A DNA stretch of 32,000 bases from Candidatus Saccharimonadota bacterium (lineage in GTDB: Archaea > Micrarchaeota > Micrarchaeia > Micrarchaeales > Micrarchaeaceae), in assembly GCA_021654395.1 (NCBI GenBank), contig AP024486.1:782440-814439 (forward strand), written 5' to 3'. Below the pieces are notes generated by a model, which saw only the letters and a program-made list of their open reading frames with translations, did no database searches and was not told where the DNA came from. A program made the position numbers and the translations under genes. This document shows, piece by piece, positions 9,805 to 18,502 of the stretch; the stretch's first letter is position 1, and each line of letters begins with the position of its first letter.

Positions 9805-10806
9805 TTGAACACTAATAAAAGCCTAAGGAACTCTAATTTTAAGGACCCATCACCCTTCGAAAAGACTGTTGCTGAACTATTTAAAAATCATTACGTAAAA
9901 GATAGTATAACACTAAAGAGAACAAACGATTATATAGAGACATCTGTAGATCTTAAAGATAAGTTACTAGAGAGGTTAATGCAAGATCATATAATAAAAG
10001 GCGTTCTCTACATCATGATTGCCTACGAAGCTTATAAGCATCTCTTCCATATCTATTCTAGTAAGAAGAAAGACTCTAGAGCGGAATTTAAGGGATTCTT
10101 AAGGGATCTTGAATGGACTGTATCGCAAGGTTATATTGAAGATAAAGAAGCTAAAAAGAGTAAAGGAAATAAGAAGAGGAATAAAGGGAATAATAAAAGA
10201 AGGGCTAACTTAAATATAGATGAGCTGCTTAAGTTTTACGGGTTCGATAATAAAGCAATACCTTTAATATTAGAATCAGAGCTTAATTATTTTGGAAGAG
10301 TTTTATCTAGAAAGAGTGAGGAGGAACTTAGGAAGGTAGCAAATTCTCTATTTAAGACTTTAAATAAGTACAATCCAGATTTCTTAGTATTTGATCCTAA
10401 AGAGATTAGTGACCCCTCATTAATAAGAATAGATGAAGACCTCTTAAAGCATCTAAAGCCATATACGATATTAGAAGCCAAGGGCGAACCATACTTTATT
10501 GTTATGCTACTTAAGCTTGGTATGATTAAGAATACAGATATAAAGACGATCTATATATTTTTAGAGAGAGAGCCACCAGATGATCCTATAATAAAGGCTA
10601 TGCAGGAGAGCATCAATAGATTCCTAAAAGATAATAATGTCGATGAGGAGATGGTTATTAATAGACTTATAGATATAATAAGAGAGAACGGCATTGGTAT
10701 AAATATATACCTAGTAAAGAAAAGAGAGCATTTAGAGATGTATAATACTGATGGCTCTAATAAGATAGATCTAGATAATAGGTTTAAGTATAGCACTAGG
10801 CCCTAA
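9805..10806 (+). CDS. hypothetical protein with internal Lys/Arg/Asn-rich basic patch
   Basis: 333-codon ORF. TTG start 14 nt after the upstream stop, with GGTG 5 nt upstream. Basic stretch KKSKGNKKRNKGNNKRR. No catalytic motif recognised. Confidence 0.7.
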   Translation: MNTNKSLRNSNFKDPSPFEKTVAELFKNHYVKDSITLKRTNDYIETSVDLKDKLLERLMQDHIIKGVLYIMIAYEAYKHLFHIYSSKKKDSRAEFKGFLRDLEWTVSQGYIEDKEAKKSKGNKKRNKGNNKRRANLNIDELLKFYGFDNKAIPLILESELNYFGRVLSRKSEEELRKVANSLFKTLNKYNPDFLVFDPKEISDPSLIRIDEDLLKHLKPYTILEAKGEPYFIVMLLKLGMIKNTDIKTIYIFLEREPPDDPIIKAMQESINRFLKDNNVDEEMVINRLIDIIRENGIGINIYLVKKREHLEMYNTDGSNKIDLDNRFKYSTRP

Positions 10807-11678
10807 TGCGTCTTGTAGTTAATTATTCCTACTTCTACTACAATGCATCTGCTATTTATGTAATAGATATTACTTGGATTAAATATAGTCACTGGAGTCA
10901 CTGGGCTCCTTTCTATAACCACCGGGTTGAATGAGACGTCTTTCGAAGCCACTTGATTAGAGACTGCTCCAGAGTAGTATACTGCATCTGTCTTATTTAA
11001 TGATGCAGGATTACTTGTATTTCTTATCTGAGAATTAATCGCAAGACCACCTAAAGTATTCCTTTCTACTACTCCATATGTAATTAAATATAAAGGATGA
11101 TAATAAGGGACTGCGCAAGATGTTGTAGCATTTAAGGAATAAGCAATCCATAGATATCCATGAAACTGTGTTCCTTGTGGTGGAAAGTATGTATCATTTG
11201 CTGATACATTATATTGAAACAGGCCAAGATTACCGAATATTGTAAGATTTGCAGAGTAGATATTACCACCGACCATATCAGGCATATATGTATAGTATGG
11301 ATAGTAAGGATCAAATGTTGAAGGTGTATAATATAGATTTACATTAGATCCGTTCAGACTCTGATTAGTTGTTATAAAAACTATTGGATTATACCATGTA
11401 TTTGTAGTTAGCTGACCAAGATGTAGTATCTCTAACTCTCCATTGGATGTATTCACTTTAAAATAATAGAGATAATGCGTTGTTATATGCCTAGTAAAAG
11501 CTATCCCATTACAGATAAATTGTGAGGATGTAATACAGACATCTCCAGCATTTGTATTGAATACTCCTAATAGCACTAATGCTATTAGAACTACTGCTAT
11601 TATCAAGAATGCCCAACCGTATGTTATTAGGTACTCCATTGATGATTGTAGCTTTATCATTATGATCAGTTTATACAT
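10803..11678 (-). CDS. archaeal class III signal peptide (type IV pilin-like) surface protein
   Basis: N-terminus MIKLQSSMEYLITYGWAFLIIAVVLIALVLLGVF matches the QxxMEYLxTYGWA prepilin-like motif. It is followed by CITSSQFICN and many N-x-S/T sequons. An alternative start lies at 11660. Confidence 0.8.
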   Translation of the reverse strand: MYKLIIMIKLQSSMEYLITYGWAFLIIAVVLIALVLLGVFNTNAGDVCITSSQFICNGIAFTRHITTHYLYYFKVNTSNGELEILHLGQLTTNTWYNPIVFITTNQSLNGSNVNLYYTPSTFDPYYPYYTYMPDMVGGNIYSANLTIFGNLGLFQYNVSANDTYFPPQGTQFHGYLWIAYSLNATTSCAVPYYHPLYLITYGVVERNTLGGLAINSQIRNTSNPASLNKTDAVYYSGAVSNQVASKDVSFNPVVIERSPVTPVTIFNPSNIYYINSRCIVVEVGIINYKTH

Positions 11679-11685
11679 TCTTAAT

Positions 11686-11694
11686 AAAAAAAAA
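11686..11694 (-). terminator. oligo-T (T9 on minus strand) between the 112-aa ORF and the pilin-like gene
   Basis: A9 on the plus strand equals T9 on the coding strand, inside the 32-nt gap. It is compatible with an archaeal oligo-T terminator, or alternatively with part of an AT-rich promoter for the pilin-like gene. Confidence 0.3.
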
Positions 11695-11710
11695 TAAAAT
11701 ACTTCTCTTA

Positions 11711-12049
11711 TTATTTATATATTACCCTACTAGTATCTATGAAGCCACCAGCGCATAGAGCCATAGATATATTAGAGATATATCGATTTAGAGCTTCATA
11801 ATTTAATCTATTTAGCTTCTCTATGCTTATATATATCTTCTCTGCTAACTTCCTATCTCTCTCTAAGATTAATCTTGCATCTTCTTTAATATCTATGCCT
11901 TTCTCTGGGTTAAGATCTACTATAATATTATGTAGCTCTTCTACTCTTTTGTGTATTGGTATGCCACTCTCTTCAAGCTCTAAGTAGGTATATATATCGC
12001 TTATTATCCTATTTAGGCATTCCTCTTTGCCGTTAGTTATACTTACCAT
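11711..12049 (-). CDS. hypothetical small helical protein
   Basis: 112-codon ORF directly upstream of, and co-directional with, the pilin-like gene. No motif recognised. Confidence 0.55.
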   Translation of the reverse strand: MVSITNGKEECLNRIISDIYTYLELEESGIPIHKRVEELHNIIVDLNPEKGIDIKEDARLILERDRKLAEKIYISIEKLNRLNYEALNRYISNISMALCAGGFIDTSRVIYK

Positions 12050-12155
12050 CTTATCACCCTAGTAATAGTAAGATTATACTAATTGTAATATAAAAGCTCT
12101 ACTATAGAAAGATTTAAATATTTATTTATATTATTTAAAAAATATACCACACCCA

Positions 12156-12623
12156 TCAATCTATTTTTACTATCTTTATAGTTTCATTCTTTTCTATCTC
12201 TATATTCAAATTCTTATATATCTCTAATACCGCATTGCCATAATGACATACTACTCTTAAGCTATAAGGGGTTGCATTGTATATAAAGATAGATCTATTA
12301 TCAGCAATCCATATCTGATAGAGAGGCTCTGGAGTGTTCTTCATCCAGAAGCACAGCTCTGAATAATTATTGAAGCTGAAGTACTCTCCAACTATACCAT
12401 CTAAGCTAAAGTTAGTATAGTTCATTAAACCTATCTCTCTAGAGCTATTATTATCTGCATAGAAAACATTATAATCTATATTACCTATCTCAACCACTGC
12501 TCTGATTCTATTTATATTAGAGCTATTATTACTATGCAATATGCTCATCAGAATATAAGCATATATAATAAGCGCTAATATAAAGATCGAGAAGCCCAGT
12601 ATGAAAGCTACGCTTGGCTTCAT
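12156..12623 (-). CDS. DUF192 (COG1430) family protein with N-terminal membrane anchor
   Basis: CFWMKNTPEPLYQIW resembles the FWMKNT...PLDI core of DUF192, with a C-terminal AVLE segment. The start ATG overlaps the upstream stop (ATGA). Confidence 0.65.
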   Translation of the reverse strand: MKPSVAFILGFSIFILALIIYAYILMSILHSNNSSNINRIRAVVEIGNIDYNVFYADNNSSREIGLMNYTNFSLDGIVGEYFSFNNYSELCFWMKNTPEPLYQIWIADNRSIFIYNATPYSLRVVCHYGNAVLEIYKNLNIEIEKNETIKIVKID

Positions 12624-13231
12624 ATGTACACCTTTTTAATGAACTCTGTAACCTTTTTATTAAACAGCTCTGGGTCATCTAAATAGCAGGCATGTCTTTC
12701 TCCTATATAAGCTAGATCTGCAGCTTTATTTACATCCATTATAAGCTTAGCGTTATCAATAGGAGAGGTCTGATCATTCTTACCCCATATCAGCAGAGTC
12801 GGAATGCCATTAATAGAGTTTAAGCTATCCCCATATCTATCTACATAAACAGGAGCTACTAAGATTAATCCTTTTACATACTCTTTATTCTCTATAGCAA
12901 AGTCTAATGCAGCAACAGCGCCCATAGATGCGCCTAGATATATAGCATCTTTAATATGCAGCTCATCACACGCTGCTTTGATAAACTCAGACAGAGCTTT
13001 TACTCCATGTCTATTAAAGCTCTTGAACTTACCTAAAGAAGATCTTCCGAACCCAGGAAAGTCAAAGGCAACTGCTCTATATCCATTATCTGCTATGGCT
13101 TCTAGAGTTCTTGTTTCCTTCCATACATCTGCATTAAAGCTACGACCATGAAGTAGAATAACAGCTCTTCCTGTTCCATTCTCTATATAACGGATATCTG
13201 CATCATTTATTCTTATATATCTCTCTTCCAT
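12620..13231 (-). CDS. alpha/beta-fold hydrolase
   Basis: HGRSFNADVW oxyanion region, nucleophile elbow GASMGA, C-terminal His context ERHACYLDDPE. Confidence 0.8.
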   Translation of the reverse strand: MEERYIRINDADIRYIENGTGRAVILLHGRSFNADVWKETRTLEAIADNGYRAVAFDFPGFGRSSLGKFKSFNRHGVKALSEFIKAACDELHIKDAIYLGASMGAVAALDFAIENKEYVKGLILVAPVYVDRYGDSLNSINGIPTLLIWGKNDQTSPIDNAKLIMDVNKAADLAYIGERHACYLDDPELFNKKVTEFIKKVYI

Positions 13232-13290
13232 AATATAAATTCAGAAAGAACTAATTAAAGCTTTATTCTTAATTAACTAATCTTGATAGC

Positions 13291-13911
13291 ATGAGTAAAG
13301 CAGATCTATACGACAAGAATGATGAAAAGTTCAATGCATTAACCTCACATATGTATGGATTAGTTTATAAGCTTAAAGAAGGAAAGGAGTTTGAGAGATA
13401 CGTTACAGATAGCATTATAAGTATAGCAAAGCAGATGAATAAAAAGCTCTCTATACTTGATGTTGGATTTGGACCATTTATACTAGATGAGTATCTTTAT
13501 AAAAGGCTTAAGGAAAGCAATATAAGCTTTGATCTATATGGAGTAGAGCCTTCTGAGAGCATGTACAAGATAGCTATAAAAAGAGCAAAAAAGCTTAATG
13601 CTGATAATATATGGCTTTATATTGGCTCTTGCAGGACATTTAATAAAGAGATAGACAGTATGAGATTTGATATAATATTTATGACTCTAGTATTTCATCA
13701 TATAGAGAAGAAGAAAGATTGCATAGAGAATCTGATAAACCATCTTAATGAGAATGGCTTGATTCTTATATATGAGTTTAATAGGAGTCCTATGAATATA
13801 CATACAATGAGCTATGAGAAGCTAAGTAATATATTAAAAGATATACCTGGAATAATGTATGATATAAAAGAAGAAGGAGTATATACATTCTCTAGAATAT
13901 CTAAAGCTTAA
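13291..13911 (+). CDS. class I SAM-dependent methyltransferase
   Basis: Motif I ILDVGFGPF, post-I LYGVEPSE, and a later FHHI segment. Confidence 0.75.
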   Translation: MSKADLYDKNDEKFNALTSHMYGLVYKLKEGKEFERYVTDSIISIAKQMNKKLSILDVGFGPFILDEYLYKRLKESNISFDLYGVEPSESMYKIAIKRAKKLNADNIWLYIGSCRTFNKEIDSMRFDIIFMTLVFHHIEKKKDCIENLINHLNENGLILIYEFNRSPMNIHTMSYEKLSNILKDIPGIMYDIKEEGVYTFSRISKA

Positions 13912-14605
13912 GCCTTGCTCCAGCATCTACAGGTATTACTGCACCATCTATAGCGTAGCTTTCCTCTGATAGTAGAAAAGAGATTACATCTGCAATAAGC
14001 TCTGGCTTTAGAGTCTCTGAAGCTAGCTTAATATCTGCTCTGTAATCTCTTTCTGGCTTAAAGTCAAAAGAGATTGATAGAGGAGCAACACAGTTTACTC
14101 TTACGTTCTTTTCTATGAATATAGCTGCAAGATTCTCAGTTAACTTAGCTACTGCTGCCTTTATTGAGGAGTATAAGAATGCATCCTCAGCGAATCTATA
14201 TGTACCTGCTATAGAGGAGACTAAGACTATAGAAGATCCGCTCTTTATTCTATCCTTCAAAGCCTTTATTGTATTTATTGGTGCTTTAAGATTCGGATCT
14301 ATAAGAAAGCTAAAATCGCTATCTTCTATACTATCTAGACTTGTCTCTTTATAGTTGCCTACTGTAAGAACTAAAGCATCAATCTCTTTTATATCTGATA
14401 GAGCTTCGCTTAACTCTTTGTGATTAGATGCGTCTGCTTTAATATAATCTATACTTCCATACTTACTTAGACTCTCTTTTATCTCCTTAAGCTTATTCTC
14501 GCTTCTTGCAAGTATATAGACCTTATAACCTTCCTTAAGGAGCTTGTATGCTACTGCTGAGCCTAATCCAGGCCCAACACCAACCACTAATGCTATCTTC
14601 TGCAT
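13901..14605 (-). CDS. short-chain dehydrogenase/reductase (SDR)
   Basis: N-terminal VVGVGPGLGSAVA dinucleotide-binding loop, VLVSSIAG, catalytic YSSIKAA (YxxxK). Confidence 0.85.
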   Translation of the reverse strand: MQKIALVVGVGPGLGSAVAYKLLKEGYKVYILARSENKLKEIKESLSKYGSIDYIKADASNHKELSEALSDIKEIDALVLTVGNYKETSLDSIEDSDFSFLIDPNLKAPINTIKALKDRIKSGSSIVLVSSIAGTYRFAEDAFLYSSIKAAVAKLTENLAAIFIEKNVRVNCVAPLSISFDFKPERDYRADIKLASETLKPELIADVISFLLSEESYAIDGAVIPVDAGARLKL

Positions 14606-14647
14606 AGATGAAGCTTAATTTTAATAGTATAAAAATACTTTATCTAA

Positions 14648-14685
14648 TTTGTATTTACTATACTACTTTGTATTTACTATACTAC
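14648..14685. repeat. perfect 19-bp tandem duplication TTTGTATTTACTATACTAC x2
   Basis: Read directly: unit 1 is 14648-14666 and unit 2 is 14667-14685. They lie in the 121-nt gap upstream of the SDR start and downstream of the 391-aa ORF stop. Confidence 0.95.
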
Positions 14686-14726
14686 ATAGTCTGATTCCAT
14701 ATACTTTACAGATTTCTAAAAGTATT

Positions 14727-15902
14727 TCATTGAGAGCCTTCATCTTCGATTTTATCTAGAAGCTTCTTGAAATTCTTCAGATATAAATCAAGTGTATCTT
14801 TTTCCATTTTACCTTCAATTACATTATTTATACACTTTCCATATATAGCAACAAGTATCTCCTTAAAACGATCTATATCCTCTCGCTCGGCTTCTTTAGA
14901 TAAGGCTCTAAGGCTCTTGAGTAATAAGCTCAAAGTACTCATTGTTATAGTTTTAGTATTAAAGGCTGCTTCTATATCCTCATTTAGTTCTATTTTACCA
15001 TGTGTCGTAATAGAGCCTAAAACAGGTATTTTGTATGTTGTCTCTTCATCAGGTTGAGATTTATTTACTACTGATTCGTATACCTTAGCTATTACTGATT
15101 TAGCTCCATTATTATCAATTTCTCCTAGTATAAATATACGATCTACACAAGCTGATAAGGGAGTTATCATATTAATAAAATCTTTAAAGCTTACCTGATC
15201 AGATCTTATTAGCAATGAATCTGCTATATCTACGACTTTACCCAAATACTCCTCAAGCTTCTCTCTCTTTATGTTAAGTGCACTGTTTTTATAGAATGTA
15301 TAAAGCAATGAAAATAACTTTATTGTATCGAGTAAAGAATCCTTATCTATATCTCCAACTTTAAATTTCAATGGTAATACATCATTATTATCATCTGACC
15401 TTATCTCTTGTTTTACTTTTTGTTCAGTAGGATTGAGATAGCCGTATACCTTGTCAAAAAACTCGTATGTCGTATCTTTGTCAAAAGCTGCAATAAGATT
15501 CTCTAAGTTACTATACCCTTTTGGATTACTAGCTATTCTAACTGCATATCTTGCATATACAAATGGAGGTAAGATATAAGATCTATATAAAGCTTCTATT
15601 ATCTTTGATAATAAATCTAAATTGTCTATATTATTAACATTCTTATTTATTATATCTAATACTATATTAAGCTTGTTTGGATCTCTTGAGAGATCCATCC
15701 TTGTCTCATCTCCTATTATATACTGGAAACGAGGCCCGACACACTCAATTATTCCCGATATATTAGGATTCGATTTTGCTGCTGACCAAGAAGAGTCATC
15801 AAATCCGCACAATAATTGTTTTATATTCAGATATCTGTAGAGCTCCTCAAGTGATAGCTCACTATTAATACCTTCTTTATTAGCTTCTTTGTTAACGGAC
15901 AA
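14727..15902 (-). CDS. hypothetical protein (391 aa, no recognisable motif)
   Basis: Long uninterrupted ORF flanked by 100-120 nt gaps on both sides. Soluble and probably helical. No catalytic or binding motif recognised. Confidence 0.7.
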   Translation of the reverse strand: MSVNKEANKEGINSELSLEELYRYLNIKQLLCGFDDSSWSAAKSNPNISGIIECVGPRFQYIIGDETRMDLSRDPNKLNIVLDIINKNVNNIDNLDLLSKIIEALYRSYILPPFVYARYAVRIASNPKGYSNLENLIAAFDKDTTYEFFDKVYGYLNPTEQKVKQEIRSDDNNDVLPLKFKVGDIDKDSLLDTIKLFSLLYTFYKNSALNIKREKLEEYLGKVVDIADSLLIRSDQVSFKDFINMITPLSACVDRIFILGEIDNNGAKSVIAKVYESVVNKSQPDEETTYKIPVLGSITTHGKIELNEDIEAAFNTKTITMSTLSLLLKSLRALSKEAEREDIDRFKEILVAIYGKCINNVIEGKMEKDTLDLYLKNFKKLLDKIEDEGSQ

Positions 15903-16003
15903 TGATTAGATTAGTGATCAATATGATATAAAAGCTTTACTATTTTACTAATAGACAATTAGAGTAATTTTAATAAAAGATCAATAAAAATAAAAGCTGC
16001 CTA

Positions 16004-18379
16004 TCATTCGCACTTTGTATATCCACAGGTCTTGCATATATAACAGCCATTCTCTCTAACTAATGTCTTATTATGACATTCAGGGCATACTGCTAATCCT
16101 GGTAAGTCATCCTCGTTGCTTTTTTGGTTATCTGCCACTTCTATCTCTAATGTTCTATTAGGGCTTTTAAGTTCTACATCTGTATTAATCTTATTTGCTG
16201 CTCTTATGCTTATTATCTCTTCTAATGCCTTAGCAACTGCATCTGGTATGCTGTATATCTTGTTGCCCTCATTCCACATTACGTAGTTGCTTCTTATTCC
16301 TTTTAAGCTCCTTATAATCTCTTTTATATCTCCTCCTTCCTGCAAGTATTTGCTTATTACTCTGCCTAATGCCTCTGCATATGACTTCTCTTCTGAGCCT
16401 GCTTTACCTATATCTATAAATACCTCTACTATGTTACCATCTCTATCAAAGTTCGCTGTTACATATAAAGTTCCTTGTTGAACTTTCTCCTTTACTGTTA
16501 TTCCTATCAGCATCTTTGGTCTCTCCCAGTTAAAGCTCTTCTTTTGAATCTTTGCTGGCTCTTGCTCTTTCTTGTTTTCTTGCTCTTTCTTCTTTGCTTG
16601 CTCCTCTGTTATCAATACTCCTTCTCTTGATCCTTCTCTATAGACTGTTATTCCTTTACATCCATACTTCCATGCAAGCATATATATCTTTGCAACGTCT
16701 TCAACTGTTGCTGTCTCTGGCAGATTTACTGTTGATGATATAGCTGCATCTATGTGCTTCTGTATTGTTGCTTGCATCAAAACTCTAAACTCTGGATTTA
16801 TCTTATGCGCCTCTATGAAGTAATCTGGAAGCTTTGACTCATCATCAATTCCAAACTTCTCCATATACTGCTTTACTAAAGGATGATAAACCTTAAAGAA
16901 CTCTTTACTTAAGCTCTCGCTTCTTCTTGTATAGCTGAATGCAAATATAGGCTCTATACCAGAGCTTGTTCCTGATAAGACTGCTCCTGATCCTACAGGA
17001 GGTATTGTTAATACAGCAACATTCCTTAATCCATATCTTCTAATACCTTCTTTTACTTCATCATTTAGTCTCTCTTTTACGAATGGCATACTTAAATGCT
17101 TCTCTGCATCAAATAGCTCAAATGAGCCCTTCTCTTTTGCTAGCTCTATACTTGCAAGATATGCCCTTGTCTTTATTCTATCAAATAATTTATCAACAAA
17201 TGCTATTGCTTCTTGAGTATCATACTTTATTCTTAGCTTTGCAAGCATATCTGCTAATCCTGTAACTCCTAATCCTATCCTTCTTGCCTTCCTTGCTGCC
17301 TCTGTCTGCTCCTTTAATGGATGTTTGTCCATGTTATATTCTAATACATCATCTAAGAATCTCACTCCATATTCTACAACTTTGTCTAAAAGATCCCAAT
17401 CAAACTCTGCATTATCTTCAAATGGATTCTTTACAAAGTAAGATAGGTTTATGTTTCCTAAGTCGCAAGCTCCATAAGGCTGCAACGGCTGCTCAGAGCA
17501 AGGATTTGTTGTTATTATATTCATTCCATTATACTCGCTTGGACTGTATCTCTTCATTGTATCCCAGAAGATTAAGCCTGGCTCCGCCCAATCTCTTGCG
17601 CTCTTAACAAGCTCATTCCATAGCTCTCTTGCTCTTATCTTTCTTTCAATTCTTCCAACAATTTCATTTTCAAATCTTAATGTAAACTCTTTATCTTCTT
17701 CTACTGCTTTCATGAATTCATCTGTTACCTTAACGCTTATGTTTGCATATCTTACTTGATTAAGATTTCTTTTAACAGTTATAAAGTCAAAGATATCTGG
17801 ATGGCTTACATCTATTGTTATCATTAATGCACCTCTTCTGCCTTGCTGTCCTATAACTCCTGTTGTCTCGCTGAATAGATTCATAAATGATACTGCTCCT
17901 GTTGATGTTAATGCTGCGTTATGCACAGGAGAGCCTTTTGGTCTTAGTATGCTTATATCTACGCCGCATCCTCCTCCATAGCTGTATGTTCTTGCTGCCT
18001 CTTTGCACCAGTCAAAGATACCTTCTATGCTGTCTTCTTTTATAGGTATTACATAGCAGTTTAGCAGCGTAACTTTTCTATCTTCTAAGCCAGCTCCGAA
18101 CATTATTCTACCTCCTGGAACGAACTTAAAGTCTTCTAATAGCCAATAAAACTTCTGCTCCCATTCTGCTCTTCTCTGAGCATCTGGCTCTGCAGAGGCT
18201 ATAGCCTTTGCAATTCTATGCCACATCTCTATAGGAGTTTTCTCAAGAATATTATTGTTTCTATCTCTCTTTGCATACTTTTCGTAGAAAACTCTTGCTC
18301 TTATCTCATCACCGTTAAAGAAGGATAGAGTTTCTTCAGGTAGATCCTTAGATTTAGAAATTGCTTCTTCCATAACCAC
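16004..18379 (-). CDS. nrdJ: class II (adenosylcobalamin-dependent) ribonucleotide reductase
   Basis: Active-site TNPCSEQPL. N-terminal FYEKYAKRD...WHRIAKAIA region typical of NrdJ. C-terminal Cys4 ribbon CPECHNKT...CYICKTCGYTKCE. No ATP-cone. Confidence 0.9.
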   Translation of the reverse strand: MVMEEAISKSKDLPEETLSFFNGDEIRARVFYEKYAKRDRNNNILEKTPIEMWHRIAKAIASAEPDAQRRAEWEQKFYWLLEDFKFVPGGRIMFGAGLEDRKVTLLNCYVIPIKEDSIEGIFDWCKEAARTYSYGGGCGVDISILRPKGSPVHNAALTSTGAVSFMNLFSETTGVIGQQGRRGALMITIDVSHPDIFDFITVKRNLNQVRYANISVKVTDEFMKAVEEDKEFTLRFENEIVGRIERKIRARELWNELVKSARDWAEPGLIFWDTMKRYSPSEYNGMNIITTNPCSEQPLQPYGACDLGNINLSYFVKNPFEDNAEFDWDLLDKVVEYGVRFLDDVLEYNMDKHPLKEQTEAARKARRIGLGVTGLADMLAKLRIKYDTQEAIAFVDKLFDRIKTRAYLASIELAKEKGSFELFDAEKHLSMPFVKERLNDEVKEGIRRYGLRNVAVLTIPPVGSGAVLSGTSSGIEPIFAFSYTRRSESLSKEFFKVYHPLVKQYMEKFGIDDESKLPDYFIEAHKINPEFRVLMQATIQKHIDAAISSTVNLPETATVEDVAKIYMLAWKYGCKGITVYREGSREGVLITEEQAKKKEQENKKEQEPAKIQKKSFNWERPKMLIGITVKEKVQQGTLYVTANFDRDGNIVEVFIDIGKAGSEEKSYAEALGRVISKYLQEGGDIKEIIRSLKGIRSNYVMWNEGNKIYSIPDAVAKALEEIISIRAANKINTDVELKSPNRTLEIEVADNQKSNEDDLPGLAVCPECHNKTLVRENGCYICKTCGYTKCE

Positions 18380-18502
18380 ACCTAAAAGATTTTAGCTAAT
18401 AAACAAATAAAAATACTTTTGGTAATAAAATTACTATCTATATCTATCAAGGCTTCAAATACAAAGCCTTTTAAAAAGATTTATAATACCTACTCTAAAG
18501 AG

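Noticed and set aside
8785-12049. Integrated mobile element or provirus at the tRNA-Pro 3' flank
   Set aside because: There is no integrase, transposase, capsid or replication motif, and I could not find a direct repeat of the tRNA 3' end downstream. The orphan-cassette observation is kept, but the mobile-element call is not supported.
16287-17607. Four plus-strand ORFs (60-107 aa) inside the ribonucleotide reductase gene
   Set aside because: They are Leu/Ser/Pro-rich shadow ORFs antisense to a strongly supported nrdJ CDS, with no motifs.
16004-18379. Possible intein or large insertion in nrdJ (Lys/Glu-rich stretch EEQAKKKEQENKKEQEPAKIQKK, ~16540-16620)
   Set aside because: It is only ~25 residues of low-complexity linker between the catalytic body and the C-terminal region. 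There are no intein splice-junction motifs, and the overall length is normal for class II RNR.
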